A stretch of DNA of 64,000 nucleotides from positions 200,761 through 264,760 of the forward strand of contig NIVC01001401.1 of NCBI GenBank assembly GCA_002269645.1, in the 5' to 3' direction. Positions 25,901 to 37,400 of the stretch are shown here, one piece after another. The translations under genes were made by a program, and so were the position numbers. Source of the DNA: Macrostomum lignano. Taxonomy: Eukaryota. The first letter of the stretch is position 1. Each line of letters begins with the position of its first letter. Under the pieces are notes generated by a model. The model was not told where the DNA came from. It searched no databases and was given only the letters and a program-made list of their open reading frames with translations.

Positions 25901-28246
25901 GTGACTCAGTGTTGCAGGAGCTCTGAGGGTGACTCAGGGTTGCAGCTCTGAGGGTGACTCAGGGTTGGAACTCTGAGGGTGACTTAGGGTTGTAGCTCTG
26001 AGGGTGACTCAGGGTTGTAGCTCTGAGGGTGACTCAGGGTTGTAGCTATGAGGGTGACTCAGTGTTGCAGGAGCTCTGAGGGTGACTCAGGGTTGCAGCT
26101 CTGAGGGTGACTCAGAGTTGGAACTCTGAGGGTGACTTAGGGTTGCAGCTATGAGGGTGACTCAGTGTTGCAGGAGTTCTGAGGATGACTCAGGGTTGCA
26201 GCTCTGAGGGTGACTCAGTGTTGCAGGAGTTCTGAGGATGACTCAGGGTTGCAGCTCTGAGGGTGACTCAGTGTTGCAGGAGTTCTGAGGATGACTCAGG
26301 GTTGCAGCTCGAGGGTTTTGCGAGTGGCTTATGGTGCATCTACTTTGACTTCAGTATGCCTTGTGCAAAGAGAGAGAGATTGCCATCATATGATTTAGCA
26401 TGCTTTAAAACTCACAGAATAGATAGATTGCATTATCATGACTGCAGCTATGACAGTGCAAATTACATATCCCGGACAGGATTAGGTATCAACTCTCAGC
26501 TGCTGTTTCTACATGGCTTTTCAATCAAAAATTACTAGGTGCTATTTGGACAATTCCATCTCTACTTTGAACCCTTAATTTGCTGTCTAAGTTACAGTGG
26601 CATATTAAAAGCTTTTGTTTCAAACTCTTTCGCTAGTTAGAACACAGCAAAGCAAGCAAAAATATTATAGAGTATATGAAGTTCCCCAATGATGGGTGTA
26701 ATTTTGCATTGCATAAATTAATTATAGCGTTCATTTTTTTATTTAGTTTTAATAATTCCAGTATTCATTTTAAGACACTGACAATCATATTCAACTTTCG
26801 TCTATGGTCAAAACACTGTCCATAGTCTATGGCACAGACACCGACAGAGCATTGAAACTGCTCGATATCTGAAATTCAATTCCATCCCCATACACGCTTT
26901 TGCCCATAGACAGTTGTCGGAGCATGGGTTGAATATGGCTGGCCGTGGCTTAAATTGAATTCTCTCCCCATACACGCTTTTGCCCATAGACAGTTGTCGG
27001 AGCATGGGTTGAATATGGCTGGCCGTGGCTTAAATTGAATTCTCTCCCCATACACGCTTTTGCCCATAGACAGTTGTCGGAGCATGGGTTGAATATGGCT
27101 GGCCGTGGCTTAAATTGAATTCTCTCCCCATACACGCTTTTGCCCATAGACAGTTGTCGGAGCATGGGTTGAATATGGCTGGCCGTGGCTTAAATTGAAT
27201 TCTCTCCCCATACACGCTTTTGCCCATAGACAGTTGTCGGAGCATGGGTTGAATATGTCTGGCCGTGTCTTGTATTGAATGCTGGAATTCTTAAATAAAA
27301 TGAAAAATTTTTGATAACAACAAATTTACGAGGCATTGCATGCGGAGTCTGCCTGTGCTGCACTAATCATACTCATATAATGTATATATGCATCAATTTG
27401 CAAGAATAGACGTGCAATTGGTATTGCAAATAACAGCAAAATCAAAACAACAAATCAGAAGGATGTCAGTTCAGAATTTTATGGATTTTTAGTTTTTCAA
27501 GTTGTTTGATTTACAACTTTAAAACATTTGTTTTCAGTAAAGAGTACAGCGCGGCCCATGGCTGCAGGACTTTGCACTGAGGGACTGCTCATTGGATGTA
27601 TTCTTATGACAACCTCATCATGTCTTCTCATGTCCTGAGGCTTGCACAGCTAACGGAAGCGCCGCAATACATTTATTTTACCTTTAACCAGTCCACTAGA
27701 GGCCCCAGACGGGCCGGAACCCGGTTTTCGTTTAGCCTGTCGCGGTTTTTCAGGCTCTTCGTCTGCAACAGTTGGATGACAAGATTGGGCAGGAACAATA
27801 AACAGCCAGTAATTAGATACCGTGGCGCAGAGGGAGTCAACCTTGGGCATATGAAAACCAAATAAAATAGTTAAAAAATGAATTAGGCGTTAATGAGTGT
27901 TAATGAATAAATTTAGCTGAAACTTGCATGCCACTTAAGCTCTTGATAAGCTAACTAAATCCATATCTACTTTACCTTTGAGAGCAGTCTTGGAATGCTG
28001 ATCGTACTCGGGATCGGACTCAAACTCTTCGCTGTAGGCCGGACTGCCTGGCTGCTGCTGCTGCCGCTGCGATGACGGTGACGGCGTCCGACTTCGACGA
28101 GAGAAAGTGCGCGCCGGGGACGGACTCCGGTCCCGGCTAACACCGTTGTGGCGACGATTCTCGCCTGTGGAGCTTTGGCGACCGCCGCCGTAGAATGAGT
28201 CCTCCCTGGAGTCCTGACGACGAACGGAGCCTCGACTGCCGGACAT
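16936..28246 (-). CDS. LCA5: Lebercilin (LCA5)-like ciliary coiled-coil protein, 8 exons, ~780 aa
   Basis: Exons 28246-27976, 27762-27682, 25502-24967, 24314-24177, 22188-21997, 20146-19905, 18703-18523 and 17637-16936 have compatible phases and total 2343 nt. The lebercilin domain is recognisable (RVMSAKNRKMAELKNEL...ERALNKYDNEDSQLSQTIARHQEEVRTLKEQLR...LPDREAL; EKEKILDIQNIY). Confidence 0.88.
17775..18400. repeat. ~35-bp intronic minisatellite (GGTAAGAGGGAAATCCCGGTCATCTGAGTCTATCA)n
   Basis: Tandem periodicity within LCA5 intron 7. Confidence 0.92.
18762..19892. repeat. 23-bp intronic minisatellite (CAGTTCAGTCACATGCAGTCATA)n
   Basis: About 49 units filling almost all of LCA5 intron 6. Confidence 0.97.
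21265..21337 (-). tRNA. tRNA-Arg (anticodon ACG)
   Basis: Reverse complement is GGCCGCGTGGCGCAATGGATAACGCGTCTGACTACGGATCAGAAGATTCCAGGTTCGAGTCCTGGCGTGGTCG: 73 nt, intact cloverleaf and A/B boxes, followed by a T-run terminator. Confidence 0.96.
21768..21915. repeat. 22-bp short minisatellite (GATGTTGCCATTTTTAATCAAA)n
   Basis: About 6 degenerate tandem units. Confidence 0.8.
22352..23890. repeat. 16-bp intronic minisatellite (GAAGCTTGGGGATTGT)n
   Basis: Tandem periodicity in LCA5 intron 4. Confidence 0.97.
24345..24917. repeat. 22-bp intronic minisatellite (AGGTTATAAACAGACTGTAGAT)n
   Basis: Tandem periodicity in LCA5 intron 3. Confidence 0.95.
25517..26310. repeat. 25-bp intronic minisatellite (GAGGGTGACTCAGGGTTGTAGCTCT)n
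   Basis: Tandem periodicity. It starts ~12 nt from the 3' splice site of LCA5 intron 2. Confidence 0.96.
26885..27275. repeat. 80-bp tandem repeat, ~5 copies
   Basis: The same ORF recurs at 27085, 27165 and 27245 (80-nt spacing). Confidence 0.95.
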
Positions 28247-30187
28247 GAAACAGGAGGGATCGGCCCTCTTTTACTCTCTAGCTTCTCTCTACCCTCTTGG
28301 GGCTCGCGGGGTTAACGCAAACCAGTGGCTAACGCGGTTAAAACCCTGCACTGAAGCCGCTTGTGCGTGTGAGTCTGAAAGCGGTTCAAAAGTAAATTGT
28401 TAGCCGCAGTGCGAGTAAGAAAAGGCGGTATATTGTTAATTTTGGTTATTTATTAAAACGCTAACAGATTGCAAACTTAGAACTTCAAGCACTTTCTTTT
28501 AGTATGTTTAGTTTGCTCAAGAAAATACATTGCGCTATGGGCTATTCTAAGCTCTTAAATTAACTATTTTTCTAAACAACAAATGAGAAACAAAATCGAG
28601 GACAAAGCAAGGACTTGGCATCAATTGTAATAACTTAAATCATAGTTTTACAGTATGTGACAAATTTCTAGCCTCTTCCACAGCCATGTGTCCCTCTATT
28701 TTAATGGAAAGGTAAATTATGCAAACAGACCCCATAACGGTCTGTCTCCTAAAATGAACATATTTCATCGAAATTATTGATACCGTTGCCCAAAGACAGA
28801 GAAACATTGTCACTCAAAGGTACTTCAGTTGTATTTATACATATGTGTAATAAATTGCCTTTTTGAAAATAAAAACAATACAAATCAAGCGAATGACTTA
28901 TTAGTATGGCGGAATTCACTAAAATAATAAATTTAGACTTAGAGAATAAAATATAGGATTTGTTTTACTAGTGCTGTTTGTAATAACCATTTCTAAATTT
29001 CAACAGTAAATTCCAGGTTCATAAAAACTAAGCTTTTTATAGCTATAGTATAATACATATATTTATTGTTATTGTATTTTTCGGCCACCAAAATGTTAAA
29101 TATAGCAAAAAAGAAATCCTATATTCCCCCTATTCACATTAATGCAAGGCAATTTAAAATTCATTACCTGCAGGCTGCAGATTTTATTAGTAATACTAAT
29201 AGCGATCCTCTTCTCTAGACTAGAGTTTAGTATAAAAAATCAAAAGCTCTATTGATCTGATTGATTAATAAAAAATATTAAACGATTTAAAAAACAACTG
29301 CAATCTTATCAATAATTTTACTTTGGCTGAGACAAAATCTTTTATCACGATTTTCGAAAGCACAGGCAGACGAAGGTTGAAATGCTCACCATAAAAAGAA
29401 TGGAATCCTTCGTGTTAAAATGTTGCCATAAAATCTTATGCATATAAACATAACGTCAAAATGCGTTTGCTCATGTTTAAGCTTTAAAATATAAAAAACT
29501 TTGGTACGTGATAAGTTCTATATTCCTTACTTATATTTGTAAAAAATTTGTAATATGTGATGTTTAAATATTGTTTCTTAGAAATAAAATTATCGTCGCG
29601 GAAATTTGACAGCTAGACTTTACTTGTCAGATTTTTTAATCATGAATTTAAGAACAAAGTAAACCGACTAAAGTCCGAAGCGAAAAGAATATTCAGAAGG
29701 CTCTCCGACCTCATTTATCAACCGTTAGCAGTTTAATGATTTGCCTAATTAGCTCGTTCCTTTTTTGAACAGAACATCGTGGAGTCGCGGCACACGGGCA
29801 CACTGAAATCATGGTCCCCGCCCTCCCCAATCGAACTGTCGCGAATTCCAACATAACGACGAGACGTTTTTCAGTGGCTGATCTCAGTGGAGTGCAGGCT
29901 TTAGAAGTAAAATGCAACAAACTCATTACAGGATGAAAATCAGCATGCATGCAAGCTTTAAAATTGGTTCTTGCATGTTAAGTCAAAGACTCTATGAAGA
30001 GGCTTTACTTTGTCGAGAACAAGATGTTTCGGCAAAGATGATTTCGGTGAAAATAGGTTTTGGCAATGGCAGAGCAGAAGAATGTTTTGGCGACAGCACT
30101 GGCTGGTAAGTTTGTGTGCCTATTACATGAGCGAATCTTATATGCTTGCTTGTCCAAGATGGTGGCTGGCATGCGTGGTCTAGAGTT

Positions 30188-30447
30188 TGGGATCTAGCAG
30201 GTCGGGATTTGCATTTGTGTGTAATTTTTTGTTACATATTACATTTATTATTTAATGTTGCCATTGTATAGAATGTTGCCAAGTTGCCAACATGAGTTTG
30301 TAGGTTGCATAAGCATTAATCAGATGTGGTGTTTTTTGCTGACTGCAAAGCAAACACATGTCACCACTATTTAGGATGGCAACATTTTATGATAAATGTT
30401 TTATTAAATTACACAAAATTTTCGAAATCCTAACCTATTAGATCCTA
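30188..30447. mobile_element. Probable degenerate MITE
   Basis: Imperfect ~25-bp TIRs: TGGGATCTAGCAGGTCGGGATTTGC versus the reverse complement of CGAAATCCTAACCTATTAGATCCTA. No clear TSD. Confidence 0.45.
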
Positions 30448-31342
30448 GCATATAAATCATATATAATCTCTAGACCATGTATGACTAAAAGCTATTTTAG
30501 ACAATAAGCATAAAATATTTACTCATGCAATAGCACATGGACTTATCAGCCAATAGTATTGTATTGCCCAAACCTTTTCACTAAAACATATTGCTATCAC
30601 CAAAACCTCTTTTCCTAAAGTCACCTTTGCCAAAACCTTTAGATTTTTCTTTGTTATATAGAAATATAAATGGTGAACTACAAATAATTGTTTTTTGATG
30701 GCTATAATTGTATAGATTTAATAGAAGCTGGCCAATTGATTATGAAAAGCTGAATATATATTTATTAAAAGCAAAAATTCAATGGTATTTTAGAAGTATT
30801 AATTATATTAGGATAATGGCATTTATATTTAGTTATACCTAGAATATAATATTTAGAATCAGACTAAATTATCTTGTATAACAATCAAAACTTCATAGTT
30901 TTTTTATTATAATAATATAGCATAATATAATATAGTCATAAGTACATTTAATTGATAAGTATTATTAATGCAATTAGACAATTAGGCAATGCAAGATTGA
31001 TAGGCAATTGCTAGTTTGATACAATACATTTTGGGGTTTAAAAATTAAAGTATTATAAATTGTTAAATTCTAAAAATGATGCAGTTTTGCATTAGAAGTA
31101 TATTTAAGCAATATGCATATTTTATTATATTTTGGCTATTATTCTAATTAATGAGTTTATTTAATCTTTGTATTTCTATTTTTTTACATTATTTCAAGTC
31201 TGCTTTTTTATAGTTTTTAGGCTTTCTGTGTATTCGTAATCATTAACTTTGTATCTTATAAATATTAATATACTGAAATAATTGTATGTGTTAGAGATGT
31301 CTATATTGAATTCGCTTTCAATGCTCGAGAAATATTCATTGT

Positions 31343-31406
31343 GGGTAAACGGCAAGAGCAACTATGACTCTATCCGAAGCCTATAATGCTTCGCCATCTA
31401 ATCAGT
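31343..31406 (+). pseudogene. Second, more degenerate copy of the same 28S rRNA fragment
   Basis: GGGTAAACGGCAAGAGCAACTATGACTCT...AATGCTTCGCCATCTAATCAGT aligns by eye with the same LSU segment as 9242-9304. Confidence 0.7.
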
Positions 31407-31452
31407 AAGGATTAAACATATTATAACTGCCCATATAAATTCCAGGCAGTGC

Positions 31453-34400
31453 ATGACTGGTAAGCAGCACCTCAGGGGTGGCCGTCTGGCCTCGCCCCCG
31501 GCGCTGCCGGCCCAGCCTAACCGGCCGTCCACTAAAACTCCGCCGCCGCCTCGGGCCGCCTCCTGTCCATTGCACAGTAAAGCCTCTGACGCGTTTATAG
31601 ATTTTAAATGCATTGAACCAGATGGCAGCGGCGACTCGGCGATGGCGGCTGCCGTAGCCGCCGCGGCCGCCGCTGTAGCCGTTGACAAGGCGAAGCGAAA
31701 CTATAGCCCGGTGAATCATATTCCGCCAGGTGGCGCCAGCGGCAGCATCGGAGGCGGCGCCAGCGGCGGCAACGTTGGCAATGCTGGGCACCACAGCCTG
31801 CTGGCTCCGATAACCGTACGCGCGGCGCATCACCTCATGCAGGCCGCCCAGCAGGCTAAACGTCGTCGTAACAAGCATTCAGGCGCCGGGTTGGTTTCCT
31901 CGGCTGCGCCGTCTGCAACTGGATCGGCGTCCGGCGTTGCTAATAGCGACCGGCCTACTCCGGGCGCCAAGCAGCGCAGCCAGTCGCAGGGCCGGGCCAG
32001 GGACAATATCTACCAGCCTACTGGAGTCAATCGGACCAGCCCGTCTTCGCCAGTACCGTTCGAACGGTCTCAGTCAGATGAGCCGCCGCAATTGCATTTG
32101 GCAGGTAATGAGCAATCGCCAGATGTTGGTCCAGTTTCTGCAACAACGGCAACAGCAGCAGAAGCAACGGCATTGGCTGCGGCGGCGCCTTGTCTCGGGG
32201 CTGCCGCCGCTTCGCCGCCCAGTTCCGGCTCGAAGTCTGGCGTTAAAGGCATGTTTCATCGGCTTTTCCATCGGGGCGGTAAGCCGCCAACTGGTCAGGT
32301 TACCTTGGCAACTGTTGCTAAGGAGACTGAATGCAGTAACGGATCGCCCAGTCGGGATAATCAGCAGCAGCAGCCGCCGCCGCCACCGCAGCAGCAGCGG
32401 CAGCCTCCTCCGTTGACTCCTCGACGCAGGCCCGGCTGTCGAGATCTGTCGCTGGACGCTGGCTCCAGGCGCGTCGCTCAACGGCAGCCCGTTCGTCAAG
32501 CATCGTCAACCGCTGCTGCAACAGATTCGCCATCTATCGTCGCCGCCGCCACCGCCGCCGCTACGGCAGCGTCTTCGTCAAATTCAATGTCGTCATCGTC
32601 GGCTTTCCGCTCCAGGGGTGTCAGCCCGGTGCACCTTCGCGCTATCAGCAATGACGGCAGGGTGCATCCGCCGCCGCAGGCTCCGGTTCCGCAGCCGCCG
32701 CAGGCTATCGCGACCGAAGCAGCCGCTGTCGTCCCAGAAGCAGCCACAGCCGCCGCCGCCGAGGCTGTTCCTCCGACTTTGCCGCCGAGAACGGCAAAAA
32801 ATGCTCAGAGCAAATTGGCCGTTAATTTCTTGGAAAATCTCAGCCAGTTGAAGCGGGTAGGGAGTCTTTGATTAGCATTATGAAATTTTTATGCCAAAAT
32901 TTCGGCGTTATGAAAGGGCCTGTCAACTTAAGCTCATAAAGTGGAGCCCGAATCGTTTTTTTTGTCAAACCCAGCTTCCTGGTGTCACTGTGAGCAGAGA
33001 ATGACGTATCGTTTGTGCGCATAGGTTACTCGGGGCCCCACTTTATGAGCTTAAGTGACAGGCTCTTTCGGTCTTGTGAAAGCGGCTCCTATCGGATGCA
33101 TCTGTCTATATAGGCCAGGAATCAGTCACTTTTTTCCTCAATGGCCAGATAAAGAATCTGCTGAGAGAGGAACTTAGAGGAGAGGGGAAGAGAGAAAAAG
33201 AGGAAAAAAAGAGATGAGAGATAGAGGAGAGAAGAGTAAAGAGGAGAGAAGAATTGAGAGTAAAGAGGAGAGAAGAGATGAGAGATAGAGGAGAGAAGAG
33301 ATGAGAGATAGAGGAGAGAAGAGATGAGAGATAGAGGAGAGAAGAGAGTAAAGAGGAGAGAAGAGATGAGAGATAGGAGAGAGAATACAGTAAAGAGGAG
33401 AAAAGAGATGAGAGATAGGAGAGAGAGAAGAGAGTAAAGAGGAGAGATAGGAGAGAGAGAAGAGAGTAAAGAGGAGAGAAGAGAGATGAGAACATACAAA
33501 CCTTGAGGCGTGGGCCGGATTGCCATTGTGAAGTTTGAAAGGACCCGAGGGCCGGACAGAGAGGCTTAGCATGAGGAATTTTAATTAAATCGCTCGTTCA
33601 TTATTATACCGGCGAACTTTCGGGCAAAAAAATAATGATTTTTTGAGAATGTTGCAACGCTATTATATATCCTTCTTTACAGAAGCCCTGGTACTTCGGC
33701 CCGCTGAGCAGTTCCGACGCTGAGGAGATGCTAAATAATCGGCCAGACGGTACATTTCTGGTGCGAGACTCAGCTCACGATGCTTATATTGTTAGCTTGA
33801 GCTTCCGGGCGCGCGGGCAGACCTATCACACCAGGATTGAGCATAATAAAGGTGAGTAGTCTGTCTGTCTGATGTTGCAGGGTGTCTATAGGGGAATCTG
33901 GGAGGCGAAAAAATCTGCTGTCTGGGAATTTTTTCCCAAATTTTCCCAAAGTGCTGAGGCGCTATCTGATGGCGTTCTCAGAATTCCGTATAGGTCGCTG
34001 TCAGGGGTCTGTATAGGTCGCTGTCAGGGGTCTGTATAGGTCGCTGTTAGGGGTCTGTATAGGTCGCTGTCAGGGGTATGTATAGGTCGCTGTCAGGGGT
34101 CTGTATAGGTCGCTGTTAGGGGTCTGTATAGGTCGCTGTTAGGGGTCTGTATAGGTCGCTGTCAGGGGTCAGTATAGGTCGCTGTTAGGGATCTGTATAG
34201 GTCGCTGTCAGGGGTCTGTATAGGTCGCTGTTAGGGGTCTGTATAGGTCGCTGTCAGGGGTCTGTATAGGTCGCTGTCAGGGGTCAGTATAGGTCGCTGT
34301 CAGGGGTCTGTATAGGTCGCTGTCAGGGGTCAGTATAGGTCGCTGTCAGGGGTCTGTATAGGTCGCTGTCAGGGGTCAGTATAGGTCGCTGTCAGGGGTC

Positions 34401-37400
34401 TGTATAGGTCGCTGTCAGGGGTTTGTATAGGTCGCTGTTAGGGGTCTGTATAGGTCGCTGTCATGGTTCAGCAGAGGGTGCTGTCATGGTTCTGCAGAGG
34501 GTGCTGTCAATCCTGTCATGGTTCTGCAGAGGGTGCTGTCATGGTTCTGCAGAGGGTGCTGTCAATCCTGTCATGGTTCTACAGAGGGTGCTGTCATGGT
34601 TCTGCAGAGGGTGCTGTCAATCCTGTCATGGTTCTGCAGAGGGTGCTGTCATGGTTCAGCAGAGTGTGCTGTCATGGTTCAGCAGAGTGTGCTGTCATGG
34701 TTCAGCAGAGTGTGCTGTCATGGTTCAGCAGAGTGTGCTGTCATGGTTCAGCAGAGTGTGCTGTCATGGTTCAGCAGAGTGTGCTGTCATGGTTCAGCAG
34801 AGTGTGCTGTCATGGTTCAGCAGAGGGTGCTGTCATGGTTCAGCAGAGGGTGCTGTCATGGTTCAGCAGAGTGTGCTGTCATGGTTCAGCAGAGTGTGCT
34901 GTCATGGTTCAGCAGAGTGTGCTGTCATGGTTCTGCAGAGGGTGCTGTCATGGTTCTGCAGAGGGTGCTGTCATGGTTCAGCAGAGTGTGCTGTCATGGT
35001 TCTGCAGAGGTCGCTGTCAGGCGAAGTGAGAAGCGCTGTCACAGTGATCTGTGAGACATAAATCATCAAAGGACTGTTTATAACAAAAATTGGTGTAGTA
35101 TATTATTAATCGAGGGGATTTCCATTTGGCAAAGAAATCAAGTTCCTCATGTCTCCTGTCAGAGGCGCTGGGCCTCAGTCAACTGTACAACACATTCTGT
35201 TCACTAAATTCTGGCTGTAAATTTTACTGTATTATATTTACATACTCGTTATGCTGTGCGCGCCTGCCCTCTGTTGCTTTATGGCCAGCCAGCCCCAGTC
35301 TGGCTAACAGTAAAAAATCCTGACCCTTTTTAGATAGGCAGGGGAGTTTCTGGAAGAGGGGTTGTAGAATTATTGGCGACGAACATCCTGGCCTTTCTGG
35401 CTAGAAAAACGGGCATTTCCGTCCTATTTGGGACAATAGTTCAAATGTCAGTACTGATAAGATGGCGAATTTGCTCACTGAATTGGGTGATTGATTGATG
35501 CCAAGACAACTGAACACAGTGTGTGTGTGATTTTTTGTCACTTCTCATGGTCTCTTGTCATGGAAGCATAAAAATAGATTTTCAAATAAAAAAGAGCCTC
35601 TTAGGAAGTACAAAAGGAACTTTAGAAGAAGCAAGTTTTTTATTAACGCATCTTGTCGCATGCTTTACGAGTGCTACTATTTTTTCCCAAATGCAGAATG
35701 AAGAGGACTGCTATGAGTAGAGGTGGTTTTTTCCATTCTGATTTGGCAACGTGCCAAGTCCGCCCAGATTTGTGAACGGGCTAGCATGCACAGGAGTATG
35801 GCTTGGGGAAGGCTCCCCAAACTCCTCTAGTCCCTATACTAACCCGGCCGCTTCCCAAAAATCTCTTCCCCAAAGCTCAGTCCCACGGTCGGACATGGCA
35901 AAGGGCATAACAGCTTCGCCTGTCAGCTCTTCTATCCTACTGCTGTACTCTTCTTCCCAGTGTTCCTCACCGCTCTCTTCCCATTTTGAATTTCCTGGCT
36001 TTGCTGACTGACTGCGTTCCCGCGACCTTCCACTGTCCCTACCCGCCCAGAATGGAATGCGCTCTGGATCTGCGGGGAGAGAGGCTGGGGTGGACTGCCG
36101 CTTTCCCCATTCACTCCTTCCCTGCCCGCCTCGCATTTCTCTTACCCCGGTCAGGTTTTTTGTTGGCAACGTGCCAACTAATAATTTATTCGCCATTTCT
36201 GAATGAAGTGCAGTTTCGCGTCGCGCTTTCTTTCGGGGGGAGGGAGAGCGGGAGAAGTGGAACAGGGCCATCTGAGTTGGCAGCAGCAACCCGCTATGCA
36301 CTTTGCACACCCGCTGTTCTGTGGGCGCCAGCCGTTCCGAGTGTTGGTTGGTGGGAGAGTGGCGTTGGGCAAAGTCCCTTGTTGCAGCTGCTAGAACTGC
36401 TTTGCGGTTGTTGCTGATTGCGATATTTGGCCTGTTTTTCGTCTTTTGCTTTTTTTCCACTACCGGTTTCCAGCGGTTTTGCGTTCCGCCTTGTTCAACC
36501 TTTGCCAATACTATATACGAAAAAAAAATTTCTTCGTGATGGCGGTTATTATTTTTTTGACCTTTTTAAAACTAATTTTCAAGTGATAGATTGGTTTCTG
36601 ACCAATTCGAAGCTCTTAACCATTCGTTGGGCAGCTCCCCAAAGCTCCTGGGTTCGATTCTGGGAGATGCCAAGGTGTCAAGGGACTGTAGATGGCGCTG
36701 TCAGGACCCTATAGGGGGCGCTGTCAGGGGGACTGTAGATGGCGCTGTCAGGACCCTATAGGGGGCGCTGTCAGGGGGACTGTAGATGGCGCTGTCAGGA
36801 CCCTATAGGGGGCGCTATCAGGGGGACTGTAGATGGCGCTGTCAGGACCCTATAGGGGGCGCTATCAGGGGGACTGTAGATGGTGCTGTCAGGACCCTAT
36901 AGGGGGCGCTATCAGGGGGACTGTAGATGGCGCTGTCAGGACCCTATAGGGGGCGCTATCAGGGGGACTGTGGATGGCGCTGTCAGGAACCTGTAGATGG
37001 CGCTGTCAGGACCCTGTAGATGGCACTGTCAAGACCCTGTAGATGGCACTGTCAAGACCCTGTAGATGGCACTGTCAGGACCCTGTAGATGGCACTGTCA
37101 AGACCCTGTAGATGGCACTGTCAAGACCCTGTAGATGGCACTGTCAGGACCCTGTAAGGAGCGCTGTCAGGACCCTGTAGGGGGCGCTGTCAGGACCCTG
37201 TAGAATGCGCTGTCAGGGGACTGTAGGGGGCGCTGTCAGGGGACTGTAGATGACGCTGTCAGGACCCTGTAGAAGGCGCTGTTAGGGGACTGTAGGGGGC
37301 GCTATCAGGGGACTGTAGGGGGCGCTATCAGGGGACTGTAGGGGGCGCTGTCAGGGGACTGTAGGGGGCGCTGTCAGGGGACTGTAGATGGCGCTGTCAG

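Noticed and set aside
29940-30180. Weak resemblance to the 18S rRNA 5' end (ATATGCTTG...CAAGAT)
   Set aside because: Too short and gapped to distinguish from chance.
36640-36670. B-box-like GGTTCGATTC suggesting a tRNA or SINE
   Set aside because: No A-box at the proper spacing and no cloverleaf.
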